From: Verrucomicrobiota bacterium
GTDB lineage: Bacteria; Verrucomicrobiota; Verrucomicrobiia; Limisphaerales; AAA164-E04
Direction of reading: 5' to 3'
Assembly (NCBI GenBank): GCA_047947115.1
Contig: CP170459.1
Location: 1,984,001-2,048,000, forward strand
Length of the DNA: 64,000 nucleotides
Shown here: positions 10,401 to 20,900 of the stretch, piece by piece
How the letters are laid out: every line of letters begins with the position of its first letter
Position numbering within the stretch: the first letter of the stretch is position 1
Translations under genes and position numbers: made by a program
The notes under the pieces: model-generated
Databases searched by the model: none
Told to the model about the DNA's origin: nothing
What the model saw: the letters and a program-made list of their open reading frames with translations, nothing else

Positions 10401-10561
10401 AACCTGAGGATAAAACCAAAAAGGCAAGTGAAGTGGTGAGTGAAGCCAATGAGGTGATATCGAAAGCTGCTCCCGTTCGCATGGGGCCCAAAGTGGGGCG
10501 TAACGATCCTTGTCCTTGTGGAAGTGGAAAAAAATATAAGCAGTGTTGCGGAAAAATCTGA
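7493..10561 (+). CDS. secA: preprotein translocase ATPase SecA
   Basis: MATGEGKT, DEVDSILIDEARTPLIISG, ATNMAGRGTDI, RRIDRQLRGR, C-terminal SEC-C motif GRNDPCPCGSGKKYKQCC. Confidence 0.99.
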   Translation: MIGTFKTVFKKVFGTANDREVRRLSQIVGKINEIEATLKGLSDDDLRRKTAEWKARLSVIEDNDQLAKELEEIMPEAFAVVKNACRRLCGQDVIVRGHPLRWDMVPFDVQLIGGMGLHTGKIAEMATGEGKTLVATLPVYLNALTGRGVHVVTVNDYLAARDSEWMGAVYRFLGLTVGCIVHDQPPQVRREQYACDITYGTNSEFGFDYLRDNGMATSAEEQVQRGHYFAIVDEVDSILIDEARTPLIISGPAVVNTDHSYDQLKPAIQSLVSRQQKLCDQYLKEAEDGLKKLNPEEGGEPEDREALEEEVGLLLYRAKMGQPRAERLLRILENPDNIKMMNRAEGMLHTDQTKKQLYAQKESLFFAMDEKSHDADLTEKGRGFLSPDDPDAFVLPDLAEIYHEIDSNESMDLKQRMEAKTKAQADFEKQAQRIHTISQLLKAYCLYQKDVQYVVQNNEVIIVDENTGRLMTGRRWSEGLHQAVEAKEGVEIKRETQTYATITIQNYFRMYTKLAGMTGTAETEAGEFLDIYNLGVLIIPTNRAVARDDANDSVYKTRREKYQAVVNEIKEIHAKGRPILVGTISVEVSELIGRLLKKEGIIHSVLNAKYHQQEAEIVTRAGQRGGVTIATNMAGRGTDIKLGEGVAELGGLHVIGTERHESRRIDRQLRGRCARQGDPGSSHFFISLEDDLMRLFGSDRIVKVMERVGLEEGQELEHPLLNRSIGTAQKRVEQHNFQIRKRTLEYDDVMNKQREIIYGFRSEVLNSDNVQDQLMDIMEEVTVQKVQQFSSGTEDVRDWNLRGLSDWINLNFPLGMPEEELTKAADAGKEEPVAGSLFDGMSPAQFAVATFISDAVREAYELKISVENADALKSMERFTILSAIDKLWQEHLYSMDGLRNSIGLRAYGQRDPLIEYKSEAFKIFDELMVNIKTEICHNIFRSASSLMAFQQFLSKLPQRTVHQDATAFEQPEDKTKKASEVVSEANEVISKAAPVRMGPKVGRNDPCPCGSGKKYKQCCGKI

Positions 10562-10803
10562 CCAAATCACAGGTGAGTGAGAAAATCTTTTCTGGAAAAG
10601 CCGATCATTGAGCTTTTTGGCGTTACCGTTAAAGTTAGCAGTTGAAACGTGCGATTGCCTGCAATACGCTGGCTTGAAGTGTTAAAGGTAAGTTCTGCCG
10701 ACTGGCTGCTTTTGAATTGTTGCTCAAGTGTCTCTAAATTGCGCTTGCAGTGGCAAATTGAATACTTGAAAATCCGTCGTTTATAGGGGAACTTGACCCT
10801 CAT

Positions 10804-10834
10804 TTGACAAGTGAAGCGCGCTTTTACTTAGTTT
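10804..10834 (+). promoter_or_regulatory. possible sigma70 promoter of the PFOR gene
   Basis: Perfect TTGACA at 10804-10809; -10 candidate TAGTTT only at a non-ideal 19-bp spacing. Confidence 0.35.
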
Positions 10835-10853
10835 TGCGAGGAATTTATTAATT

Positions 10854-13800
10854 ATGTCCAATCAAACATCCGTGTCCAATACCAATGTCGGCGGCGGCGC
10901 CTCCGATGGCGACAAATCAGGTGCCAAACCGAAATACCCGGGGATTCGTTTGACGTGTAATGGGAACCAGCTGGTGACGCAACACGTTGAAACCCGTATC
11001 ACTGAAGGCGGGATTTTTTACCCCATCACCCCCTCGACTGAGGGCGGCGAAATTTATCAGCAATCTTATGCCCAAGGGGAACTGAATGTTTTCGGGCAGC
11101 AGAAAATTGCTATCGAATGTGAGGGGGAACATGCAGCCCAGGGTGGGGCTACTGCGTTTTCCGTTACCGGCAAACGTGCTGTCAACTTCACCTCAGGCCA
11201 GGGTATCGTCTATGCCATGGAGCAATATTATCATGCTCCGGGCAAAGGTTCGACCATGGTGCTGGAAGTGGGGGCGCGTGCCTTGACGAAGCACGCTTTG
11301 AACGTGCATTGCGGCCATGATGATTTCTACGCGGCCCTCGATACCGGGTGGATCATGTTGATGGGGAAAGATGCCCAGCAGGCCGCCGACCAAGCCATCA
11401 TCCTCCGCAAAGTGTGTGAACTGGCGTTGAATCCCGGCATGAACATCCAGGACGGCATGCTTACAACTCACGCCGAACGCTCTTTTTATGCACCTGAATC
11501 CGATCTTCTCCGTGAATTTCTTGGCGCTCCATGGGACATGATCGATTGTCCTACCCCGGCACAAAAAGAATTGTTTGGGCCTAAACGCCGTCGCGTGCCG
11601 GAAATGATGGATCTCAAGCATCCGATTCTCTTGGGTCCTGTCCAGAATCAGGAACATCATATGAACGGTGTCGTGGCGCGCCGGAATAATTTCAATGAAC
11701 CCATCCTCGGGTTCCTGGAAGAAGCTTACAAGGAGTTCGAAAATCTGACCGGACGTCACTATGGCCTGGTCTCCACATACCGAACAGAAGATGCGGAAAC
11801 AGTCTTCGTTTCATTGGGTTGTGCGGCCGAAAATATTGAAGCCGCCGTTGATTACCTTCGGGAAAATGACGGAGCCAAAGTCGGCTCTCTTCATATCAAC
11901 GTCATTCGACCATTTCCGGAAGCTGCGGTGATTGAGGCGCTTCGAGGAAAGAAAAACATCATCGTTTTGGAGCGAACTGATGAAGGGTTGTCACCTGACA
12001 ACCCGTTGGCCAAGGACATTCGTGCGGCCCTGAGCAAGGGCGTTGAGTCTTACCGATACAAAGGAACGCTTCCTCCGTTGAAACCTGAGGACAGGCCGCG
12101 TTTGATCCGGGGTTCTTATGGTATTGGAAGCCGTGATTTCCGCCCTGAGCACGTCTTGGGCGCTTACGAATATTCACAAGGCACAGTGAAGCGCAAAGAC
12201 GGCAGTGGAATCGAGGATGGTTCCATGTATTTCGTTCTGGGGGTCGACCATCCTTATGCGGTCATATCCGAACGCACTCCGTCACTGCTTCCCGACATGG
12301 CCATTGCGGTTCGCTTCCATTCGATCGGAGGGTGGGGGATGATCACGACCGGTAAGAATCTGGGTTCGATCATCGGCGAGTTCGGTGATTTTATTTCCAA
12401 GGAAAATCCGACATACGATCAGTTTGGAGCTTTGGAAGACAAGCTCTTTGTCAGTGCCAACCCCAAATACGGTTCCGAAAAGAAAGGGGCTCCCACCAAC
12501 TACTATCTCGTGGTGGCTCCAAAACCGATTCGGGTTAATTGCGAACTGAATCACGTTGATGTGGTGCTCTGCTGCGATCCTAAAGCTTTCACTCATACCA
12601 ATCCGCTCGAAGGGATCAATCCCGGTGGATGCCTGGTTTGGGAGTCAGGTGATTCGCCCGAGACGGCTTGGCAGCGGATTCCCAAGCGACATCGACAATA
12701 CGTCAAGGACAACAACATCCGAATTTTCATTCTTCCAGGTTTTGACATTGCCAAAAAGGCGACCTCCCGACAGGACCTGCAACTGCGAATGCAGGGGAAC
12801 TCCTTCCTGGGTGCTTTCTTCCGTGTTTCTTCCTTCTTGCAGGATAATCACATCAGTGAAGAACAGTTCCGCGATGTGGTTCAAAAGCAGTATGAGAAAA
12901 AGTTTGGTCGCTTTGGTGAAGCGGTCGTTCAATCCAACATGGAGGTCATGACCCAGGGTTTCAACCTGACGCAGGAAATCGTCTACGGTGAAATTGAAGA
13001 TCCTGATACCTCCAGCATGCGGCATTCACCCTTGGCTCCCTTAGGTGACAATGAAATGCCTCCGACTGCCGGTTGTGGTGAAAGTGGTTGCTCCTCCTGC
13101 TCCCCTCCTGAAGACCAGCCTGAGCGGGCGCCTGTGCAAACCATGGCAAAATTTGACTCAGAATTCCGGAGTGGACTGGGTTACCACCAGCCTGCCGGAG
13201 CTCTGGCCTCCATGGGGGTGATGGCTTCCGGAAGCGGAGCCACTCAGTCGAAATACGTTGCACGTCGGGAAACCCCGGTATACATCGCCGAAAATTGCAC
13301 GCAGTGCATGGAATGTATTACCGCTTGTCCGGATACTGCCTTGCCGAACATGGCTCAGGACATCGAGACCATTCTGAGTGCTGCTGCAAGGAATTATGTC
13401 ACTTCCCCTGAGGAACGAGTCAAATTGCTTCAGGCAATTCCCGAGCTTGAAAAAGAAGCCCGCGCTCAGATGCTGGTCAGTATTGAGGAGAAAACACAGA
13501 AGCCATTTATTGATATCATCAGCGGCCTCGTTTCCAATCTGGACAACGTTGCCGAACAAGCGCGCAACGAATTCTGTGGTATTCTTGAAAAGCTCCCGTT
13601 GGCTTATAATAACGTGACCGCCATTTTCCGGGCCGTTGAGAAAAAGAGCCCGGGTAGCGGGGGATTGTTCTCCATCTTTGTGTCCGATCTCTGCAAAGGT
13701 TGCGGAGAGTGTGTGCAGGTTTGTGGGGATCATGACGCCTTGCGCATGACGGCTGAAACAGAAGAGTTAAACGCCAAGTTGACCACCGCTCAAATCTTCT

Positions 13801-15599
13801 CAAGATTGCTGCCGGACACACCTCAGAAATACCTCGGCCTCTACCAGGATGACGCTCCGCAGGATTCACGCGAAGCCGCCCTGCGTAACCACATGATGGT
13901 TCGTCGCAATTACGAAGCCCTGGTGTCTGGTGATGGCGCCTGTGCCGGCTGCGGTGAGAAATCCGTGCTGCACGCCGTTGCTTCCGTGACCGAGGCCTAC
14001 ATGCGACCGCTCTATCATAACAAAGCGGATCGTCTGCGCGCCAAAGCAGACGCTTTGGAGGCAAATGGCGTTGAGAAATTGGCCAAACTCAAGGCAGCTG
14101 ACGAAGCTTCCTATGAACTCTACAAACGGTCCGTCGCCCACATCGTCATGGGATTGGGAGGCGAAAATGATGATGATACCACGCATCGGTTGGAACAGCA
14201 TGGTCCGATTACTGACGAAGAAATTGTCAAAGCTCTTGTTGCGGTATTGCGCCAGGATGCTTTCAATCATAAGGATCTTCAGGCCTTGGACGGACGTGAT
14301 GCACGCGGTCAATCTGTCATGTTTATGGGGGCCAGTACCGGTTGCAACACCGTTTACGGTTCAACACCTCCGGGCAATCCGCATCCATATCCCTGGATGA
14401 ATTCACTCTTTCAGGACGGCGCCACCATCAGTTGGTTGATGGGCGAATCCCTGATTTTGAACCACGCACGTCGATCCGTGGTTCCCGAACGTTTGACCGA
14501 TGCCCTCTTGGAGCGCGATGAAAACGTCATGACCGACCGGGAGTATTTTATATTGGCTCGATTGGACGATGCCTTGATGACCGAGCAGGAATTGCGCGAG
14601 TTGCCGAAAGTGTGGGTGATCGGTGGTGACGGTGCTCTGGGTGACATTGGATTCCAAAATGTCTCCAAGGTCATTCTGCAGAACCGTCCGAACGTCAAGA
14701 TTCTGATGCTCGATACCCAGGTTTACTCCAATACCGGAGGTCAAAACTCGGATTCATCCACCATGTTGGGTGGATACGACATGAATCAATTTGGCGCCGC
14801 CTCACAGGGTAAGTTAACCGAAAAGAAAAACGTAGCCGAAGCCTTCACATCCGGGCATGGATCGCCTTTCGTGGCACAGGTCTCCATGGCCAACGCAGCG
14901 AAGATGTACAAGGCCATGCTGGACGGGTTGGAATATCGCGGCACCGCATTCTTCCAGTCTTACACCACCTGTCAGCCTGAACACGGCGTGCCTGATCATA
15001 TGTCAGCCGATCAGGCCAAGTTGGCGCGTGACTCCCGCGGTATGCCTGAATTCGTCTTCAATCCCCGTGAGGGTGAGACAATTCAGGAAGCCTTCAACCT
15101 GAAAGGCAATCCGACCCTCAACCGGGATTGGTGGGAGACTAAATACGCTACCACCGGTGAAAAATACAACTTCACCGTTGCCCATTGGGCATTGACTGAA
15201 GCCCGATTCCGCAAGCACGTCAAAGCCATTACCGAAGAGGACACAAAGGAATGTATCCACTTTGATGACGCACTGATTTGCATCACTCAGGATGACGTGA
15301 CGCATCGCAGGGTGTTTGACCGGGACCACCGCTCCTATGTCACCAACTTCGGAACCTACATAAAGGCGGAAATCAACGGCAAGATGAAATTCTTTGCCGT
15401 TTCACGGCAAATGGTGCTTTTTGCTGTCGAACGACGCAAGGCCTGGCGTATGTTGCAAAGTCGAGCCGGTGTTGAGAATAAGGACTATCTGGCACAGCGA
15501 GCACTGCTCAAGAAAGTCGACACCGGTAAAATCGAAGTTGCCGACCTGCTCGGGCGCACCCGCGAATTGTTCGAAGCTGAACTGGCAGCTTTGGGATGA
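10854..15599 (+). CDS. single-chain pyruvate:ferredoxin/flavodoxin oxidoreductase (2-oxoacid:acceptor oxidoreductase, NifJ-like)
   Basis: YPITPS, EGEHAA, FTSGQG, two 4Fe-4S motifs (CTQCMECITACP; CKGCGECVQVC), GACAGCGE, TPP motif GGDG…DTQVYSNTGGQ, CQPEHG. Confidence 0.93.
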   Translation: MSNQTSVSNTNVGGGASDGDKSGAKPKYPGIRLTCNGNQLVTQHVETRITEGGIFYPITPSTEGGEIYQQSYAQGELNVFGQQKIAIECEGEHAAQGGATAFSVTGKRAVNFTSGQGIVYAMEQYYHAPGKGSTMVLEVGARALTKHALNVHCGHDDFYAALDTGWIMLMGKDAQQAADQAIILRKVCELALNPGMNIQDGMLTTHAERSFYAPESDLLREFLGAPWDMIDCPTPAQKELFGPKRRRVPEMMDLKHPILLGPVQNQEHHMNGVVARRNNFNEPILGFLEEAYKEFENLTGRHYGLVSTYRTEDAETVFVSLGCAAENIEAAVDYLRENDGAKVGSLHINVIRPFPEAAVIEALRGKKNIIVLERTDEGLSPDNPLAKDIRAALSKGVESYRYKGTLPPLKPEDRPRLIRGSYGIGSRDFRPEHVLGAYEYSQGTVKRKDGSGIEDGSMYFVLGVDHPYAVISERTPSLLPDMAIAVRFHSIGGWGMITTGKNLGSIIGEFGDFISKENPTYDQFGALEDKLFVSANPKYGSEKKGAPTNYYLVVAPKPIRVNCELNHVDVVLCCDPKAFTHTNPLEGINPGGCLVWESGDSPETAWQRIPKRHRQYVKDNNIRIFILPGFDIAKKATSRQDLQLRMQGNSFLGAFFRVSSFLQDNHISEEQFRDVVQKQYEKKFGRFGEAVVQSNMEVMTQGFNLTQEIVYGEIEDPDTSSMRHSPLAPLGDNEMPPTAGCGESGCSSCSPPEDQPERAPVQTMAKFDSEFRSGLGYHQPAGALASMGVMASGSGATQSKYVARRETPVYIAENCTQCMECITACPDTALPNMAQDIETILSAAARNYVTSPEERVKLLQAIPELEKEARAQMLVSIEEKTQKPFIDIISGLVSNLDNVAEQARNEFCGILEKLPLAYNNVTAIFRAVEKKSPGSGGLFSIFVSDLCKGCGECVQVCGDHDALRMTAETEELNAKLTTAQIFSRLLPDTPQKYLGLYQDDAPQDSREAALRNHMMVRRNYEALVSGDGACAGCGEKSVLHAVASVTEAYMRPLYHNKADRLRAKADALEANGVEKLAKLKAADEASYELYKRSVAHIVMGLGGENDDDTTHRLEQHGPITDEEIVKALVAVLRQDAFNHKDLQALDGRDARGQSVMFMGASTGCNTVYGSTPPGNPHPYPWMNSLFQDGATISWLMGESLILNHARRSVVPERLTDALLERDENVMTDREYFILARLDDALMTEQELRELPKVWVIGGDGALGDIGFQNVSKVILQNRPNVKILMLDTQVYSNTGGQNSDSSTMLGGYDMNQFGAASQGKLTEKKNVAEAFTSGHGSPFVAQVSMANAAKMYKAMLDGLEYRGTAFFQSYTTCQPEHGVPDHMSADQAKLARDSRGMPEFVFNPREGETIQEAFNLKGNPTLNRDWWETKYATTGEKYNFTVAHWALTEARFRKHVKAITEEDTKECIHFDDALICITQDDVTHRRVFDRDHRSYVTNFGTYIKAEINGKMKFFAVSRQMVLFAVERRKAWRMLQSRAGVENKDYLAQRALLKKVDTGKIEVADLLGRTRELFEAELAALG

Positions 15600-15626
15600 T
15601 GCAATCCGTATAAAAGATTAAGCAAG

Positions 15627-15671
15627 GAACCCTGCTTTGACCTGACCCAGGTGGAAGCAGGGTTCTTTTTT
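15627..15671 (+). terminator. intrinsic terminator after PFOR
   Basis: GAACCCTGCTT…AAGCAGGGTTC 11-bp stem followed by TTTTTT. Confidence 0.8.
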
Positions 15672-15690
15672 GAATGAAGGACAAAACAGT

Positions 15691-16938
15691 ATGACACTTT
15701 TTGAATTATCGGCACTGCTGCTCACAGTGGCCGCCATCTGTGGGTTTTTGAATGAAAAATTCATCAAACTGCCTACCACTATCGGATTGATGCTTATTGC
15801 CTCGGTGTTCTCCATCATCCTGCTTGTGGCGGAATCCCTGGGCAGCGACATGGCTTTGGCTGCCGAACACATCATCGCGCAAATCGATTTTGAGGAAACA
15901 CTCATGGAAGGGATGCTGTGTTTCCTTCTGTTTGCTGGAGCCCTTCATATGAATCTTGAGAATTTGCTCTCCAAGGTGCGTATCATCGGCATCATGGCGA
16001 GTGTCGGTGTGGTCCTGTCCACATGTTTGGTCGGTGTGTTAACCAAAGGAGTGGTCGGCGTGATGGGTCTTGATTTACCCTGGATCTATTGTTTTCTCTT
16101 CGGGGCATTGATTTCCCCGACCGATCCCATCGCTGTGGTCGCACTCTTGAAAAAAGTGGGGGCTCCGAAATCCCTTGAGACAAAAATCGTGGGCGAATCG
16201 TTGTTTAACGACGGTGTCGGAGTGGTGGTTTTTCTGGTCCTTTTCAAAGTATTGACCGGCGCCGAGGCCATGACTGCCGGATTTGTTGCTAAACTGTTCT
16301 TGATGGAAGCGGTCGGGGGAGCGGTACTGGGACTTGCTCTTGGCTACCTCGGTTATCGCATGCTGAAAACCATGGACAACTACTCCATCGAAATCCTGAT
16401 CACGCTTGCTTTGGTGATGGGTGGTTATGCGCTTGCCATGAAGCTTCACGTTTCCGGACCACTTGCCATGGTTGTCATTGGGCTCATGATCGGTAACATT
16501 GGTCGGGTAATGGCCATGTCCGAAAAGACCCGCGAACACCTGGACACTTTCTGGGAACTGATCGACGAAATCCTGAATGCCATGCTTTTTGTGCTTATTG
16601 GACTCGAACTGGTGATTTTAAAAATCACACCTTCTGCGGTTGGTTTCGGATTGGTGGCCATACCTCTGGTTTTATTCATTAGATTTACATGCGTGGGATT
16701 ACCCATTGCCCTGTTCCGCAAACTTGGTGAAACGTTTACACCTCACGCAATCAAAGCCCTCACCTGGGGGGGGCTTCGCGGTGGCATCTCGGTGGCGTTG
16801 GCTCTCAGTTTACCTGCCGGTCCCGAGCGTAATCTTCTGTTGGTGGCAACCTACTGCGTTGTGCTCTTCTCCATTATCGTTCAAGGGCTCACCATGGAAC
16901 GTTTGTTGAACAAAGTGAAATCATCATCACTCTCCTGA
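15691..16938 (+). CDS. CPA1-family Na+/H+ antiporter (NhaP-like)
   Basis: ~12 TM helices; LISPTDPIAV, GESLFNDG, WGGLRGGISVALALSLP. Confidence 0.93.
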   Translation: MTLFELSALLLTVAAICGFLNEKFIKLPTTIGLMLIASVFSIILLVAESLGSDMALAAEHIIAQIDFEETLMEGMLCFLLFAGALHMNLENLLSKVRIIGIMASVGVVLSTCLVGVLTKGVVGVMGLDLPWIYCFLFGALISPTDPIAVVALLKKVGAPKSLETKIVGESLFNDGVGVVVFLVLFKVLTGAEAMTAGFVAKLFLMEAVGGAVLGLALGYLGYRMLKTMDNYSIEILITLALVMGGYALAMKLHVSGPLAMVVIGLMIGNIGRVMAMSEKTREHLDTFWELIDEILNAMLFVLIGLELVILKITPSAVGFGLVAIPLVLFIRFTCVGLPIALFRKLGETFTPHAIKALTWGGLRGGISVALALSLPAGPERNLLLVATYCVVLFSIIVQGLTMERLLNKVKSSSLS

Positions 16939-17136
16939 AGCCCCGCTCTCCGATCGCCCGGCCCTCGTTTTGAAAGCCATTCTCAATCGACGACACGGAA
17001 AAGGATGTTAAATCGGGGGGAGACAGTGCAGACGAGGCTTCCAAATCAATAAATACCCATATATCCGTGAGTTCTTTATGTTGATTGCAAATTGATGTTT
17101 GCATCCTGTTATCCAATGAGGAACGGTGTTCAGTAA

Positions 17137-17850
17137 ATGTATCCTTTTCTATCCAAACAACACACAGTTATGCGTGGGTTTACCTTGATTGAGTTGCTGG
17201 TGGTGATTGCCATTATTTCCATTCTCGCCGGTATGTTGCTGCCGGCTCTTTCCAAGGCAAAAGGAAAAGCCAATGCCATCAAGTGCCTCAGTAATGAGAG
17301 GCAGTTGCACTTGGCTGTTCAGATGTATATTGATGATCACGATGACCAGTTTCCACCACGTATTTCAGGGCAAGCCAACTGGGTTTCCTCGCTCAAGTCA
17401 TACTATATGGCGAGTGGTGTCGTAAAATGTCCTTCAGATGGTTTGTTTGCTTCTCACAGTTATTTGATCAACGGGTTCAATGATTATTTTGCCGTAAAGC
17501 TTTCCGCAGAAGAGTTCGCAGAATACAAAAAATGGAAATGGCCCATCGGCATGAAAATGTCTGCCATTCCTCAACCATCCGATACCATAACATTTGGGGA
17601 AAAGCGGAAATCCTCTCCGCATGCACATATGGATTTCTACCAAGGGGAGGGAAATGATGTGCAGGAGATTGACCAAGCCAAGCATGGTGGCGGCCAAACT
17701 GATGTCAGTGGCGGTTCCAATTATGCGTTCGCAGATGGGAGTGTGCGTTTCATGAAATACGGGACAACCCTGAGCCCAGAGAACTTGTGGGCCGTCACCG
17801 ATGTTTGGAGAAATGCTCCATCTCCGCTTGAATCGTCAAAAAATCCCTAG
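17137..17850 (+). CDS. prepilin-type N-terminal cleavage/methylation protein (DUF1559 / H-X9-DG-like)
   Basis: [34 protein letters not shown]-terminal H…[11 protein letters not shown]. Confidence 0.92.
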   Translation: MYPFLSKQHTVMRGFTLIELLVVIAIISILAGMLLPALSKAKGKANAIKCLSNERQLHLAVQMYIDDHDDQFPPRISGQANWVSSLKSYYMASGVVKCPSDGLFASHSYLINGFNDYFAVKLSAEEFAEYKKWKWPIGMKMSAIPQPSDTITFGEKRKSSPHAHMDFYQGEGNDVQEIDQAKHGGGQTDVSGGSNYAFADGSVRFMKYGTTLSPENLWAVTDVWRNAPSPLESSKNP

Positions 17851-17952
17851 AGAAGTTGCCAATCCATTTCCTGAGTTTCTGTTTTCTCGCGCCCTTTTCA
17901 GGACGCTGTGACACTGGTTTTTCAAACGAGTTTTCTTGGTTAGTATTCTGTT

Positions 17953-20900
17953 TTACGGTGTCCAGATCAGTCGGTAGAATTGGCCTTGGATGTTCTTATC
18001 GATTGGGAGAAGGAATTCCAGTGGTCCGGGTTCAATGGTGATGAATTGGTCCACCGTTTTCCAGTTTGGTTGAGCTAGATTTTCGGTGGTCTGTATTTCA
18101 AGGTGAACATTGGCGGCAGCTTGGATGGTCCATTGCATGGCTCCTTCTTCCGTGATGCTTATGTATGTCAACGGGGGCTCCAGTTCCAATTGTCCGGGCG
18201 ATCCATGGAAGAGGGAGCTTGCGCTCCAGCTGGAAGTTTGATTGATCAGGGATTGTAAAGCCATGAAATCTTCCGGCAGATCCAGAGGGTTGCTCAATTC
18301 CAATGAGCTGCCAAGTCCGTCAGCGAGTTCCGGCCATCCATTGTCATCCCCGAAATGAACTTCCGTGATCAACGTGCTGTTCGCTCCCCATAGTTGGATA
18401 CGTTCGCCCGCGTCACTTAATCTTCCGGACCACTGACCGATGACTCGAATGTTGGGATGGAAATAAGGGGAGGTTTCGTCCTGATATCGTTCCGCAAATG
18501 CATCCACATTTTCAACAATCACCGCAATGCCCCCTCCTGCCAGATGGGTTTGATCGGGAAAGGTGAACGTGATGGCATCGGCGAAGCGATGGTTCGACAG
18601 ATCCAATGCGCGTGTGGTTCGGTTCAGTATTTCGATGAATTCATATTCATCTGGTCCATCGGGATTATATTGAATTTCGGTGATCAGGATGTCACCTGGT
18701 TGCGGAGGCTGCGGTACTTCGGAGAAAAAGAATACTTCGGACAGAGCGCTCCATGTCCTTCCGTCAAACGCGCGGGCTTTGAAGTGGGTGTCGCTTGGAA
18801 AGGAGAAGGAAAGCGAGGCATCGGTCGCGCTTTGAAGCCATGCATCGAAGCGGAGGTCGGAACTCGTGGGGGATGCCTGGTGGACTTCGACAGCGAGAAG
18901 ATTAGCACCTTCTCTCAGCATGGATGCGGGCAGGTTAAAAGTGCGGATGGCAGTCTCGTCCGCTCCCCCAGCGGCAGATGATGCTCGGGTGTCCGAAGCG
19001 ACTGGTCCTTCGGGCATGTTGTCACGCGCCACCTCACGTCCATTCAGGTAGATCACCGCTCCATCATCCCTCACCAGATTCAACTCCAGCCGTTGGATGC
19101 CCGAAGGGTCGGACGCATCGAACGTTTGTCGAAAGTAGTAACTGATGGCTTTACTACTGGAGTCGCCTCCGAAATCCAATGTGGTGCTCATGCCTTCGTC
19201 TCCATATCCTAATGGAGCATTGCCCTGGTCCCAACCGGAATCATCAAAGGTGCTGGATGCCCATCCTGTACCAGGAATTTCTCCACCGTCCAGATAGCGC
19301 CAGGTTGATTGGGGGGGGACAAGTGTTGCGTTGGATGCCCCGTTGGCGCGGCGAATTTGGGCTGTCGGAGAAACGTTTCCTCCGGGCAATCTGGGGTCTG
19401 AACCGTCGAGGGTGTAGTATAAATCACCTGAAGTGAGATGAATGCCGATCGACTGATCAGAAGGAAGTATTTCTCCCTGTTGACTGAATTCAGGCGCCGA
19501 CACGGTTGGATACAATCGACGTCGTTCCAGTCGCTGTCTCAATTGGTCTGCATTTGCCGGCAGGATCTGTTCGATAGCATCGTTTGCCGCTCTTTCCCAA
19601 TCGTTCGGATTTCGAAATCCCCATCTTGCGCATTCTGCCACGAGGCTGTCCTTAATCTCTTCCATGCGCTGACGCAGGCGTTCGGCGTTCCGATCCCCTG
19701 TGAGTGCTCCGTTGTTGAAGAGGTGCAGATGAATACGGTCTGCCAACAGGGTCATGAAATCAGGATGGCGTTCAGATACCAATGCACCGAAGATGTCTGC
19801 CGGACCAGGGTTGCCCGTCCGGTCTGAAGCCGAACGAATGTGTCCATCCGCGTCACCCAGCCAGAATTTGAAACCTGTTCCAGCTTCGACGGGGCCGGCT
19901 GCGCGGTATTCGGTTTCGGCATTGCCCAGATTCCACATCAGCATAAAATCGATCAGGTGGGGGATATCGACCCAATGACGAACACGTTCGTAGTCTCCTT
20001 TGAATTGCAGCACATTTTCCCATGGTGTTCGATTGGCGGGATCGGGCGTGCCCAAAACGAACGAACTGCCCACATTGTCGTTGCCTCTAATATTGACATA
20101 GTCTTCGGTCTGGCCTCCCAGATAATCGGCAAGGAAGGCGTCGGTCACTCGTTCGCGGGCATGATATTGTCCCCAGTATTCACCGTTGAAATAGAGGTGG
20201 ACGAATCGTCCGTGGGGATTGAGCGCTCCCATTTCAAGCATGGTGTCTTCGCTGAATCGCGCCGACATGTAAAATCCGCGCGAATTCATATCGTGCCCCC
20301 CCCCGCGCAGGTCGATCTCGTCAAAGGCGTCCACAGCGGGTATTCCGTGATCGAAACCTTCGAACAGGGGGAGTTCGAGCTTTCGATTTCCATACTCGGG
20401 GCGAAATTTCAGTCGATAGTTTTTCTTTGTAAAATCCGTCCATGCGCCACCGAAACGTTTGACGCCTGCATTGGATTGGATGATGGAATCGTCTGGCATG
20501 AACACTTCCACCGAGGCTTCGCGTTCGTTCCAGTCATCGGGTAGCTCGGGAACCGATATGGAAATCACCGGCAGGTCCCTTAATCCCTTGCGAATGCGCG
20601 CTGCAAAGGAGGCATTTCCGGTGAGGGTGCGGTTCATGTTCGATGCGTTCAGGGTGTCCTCGACCGAAAGGTAAGAGTGGGTTTGTACCGTTGGTGATTT
20701 GTAACCCTCGCGTAAGACTGTTGCCCGCACGCTTGCGTTTCCGTTGATGCGAAGAGGGCGGGTATATGCCTGTGATGGGAATGATCCGTTGGTTGAGAAC
20801 AGAATCTGCGCGGTTTCGTCCGGGTGGCTGAGTGTCAGGTTGATCGGAATTTCCTGGAACCCTCTGGTGTGACTGAACTCGACGGGGGGGAGCCAACCTT

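Noticed and set aside
10790..10812. FNR/Crp box upstream of PFOR
   Set aside because: ACTTG…CAAGT is only a 5-bp inverted repeat and does not match TTGAT-N4-ATCAA.
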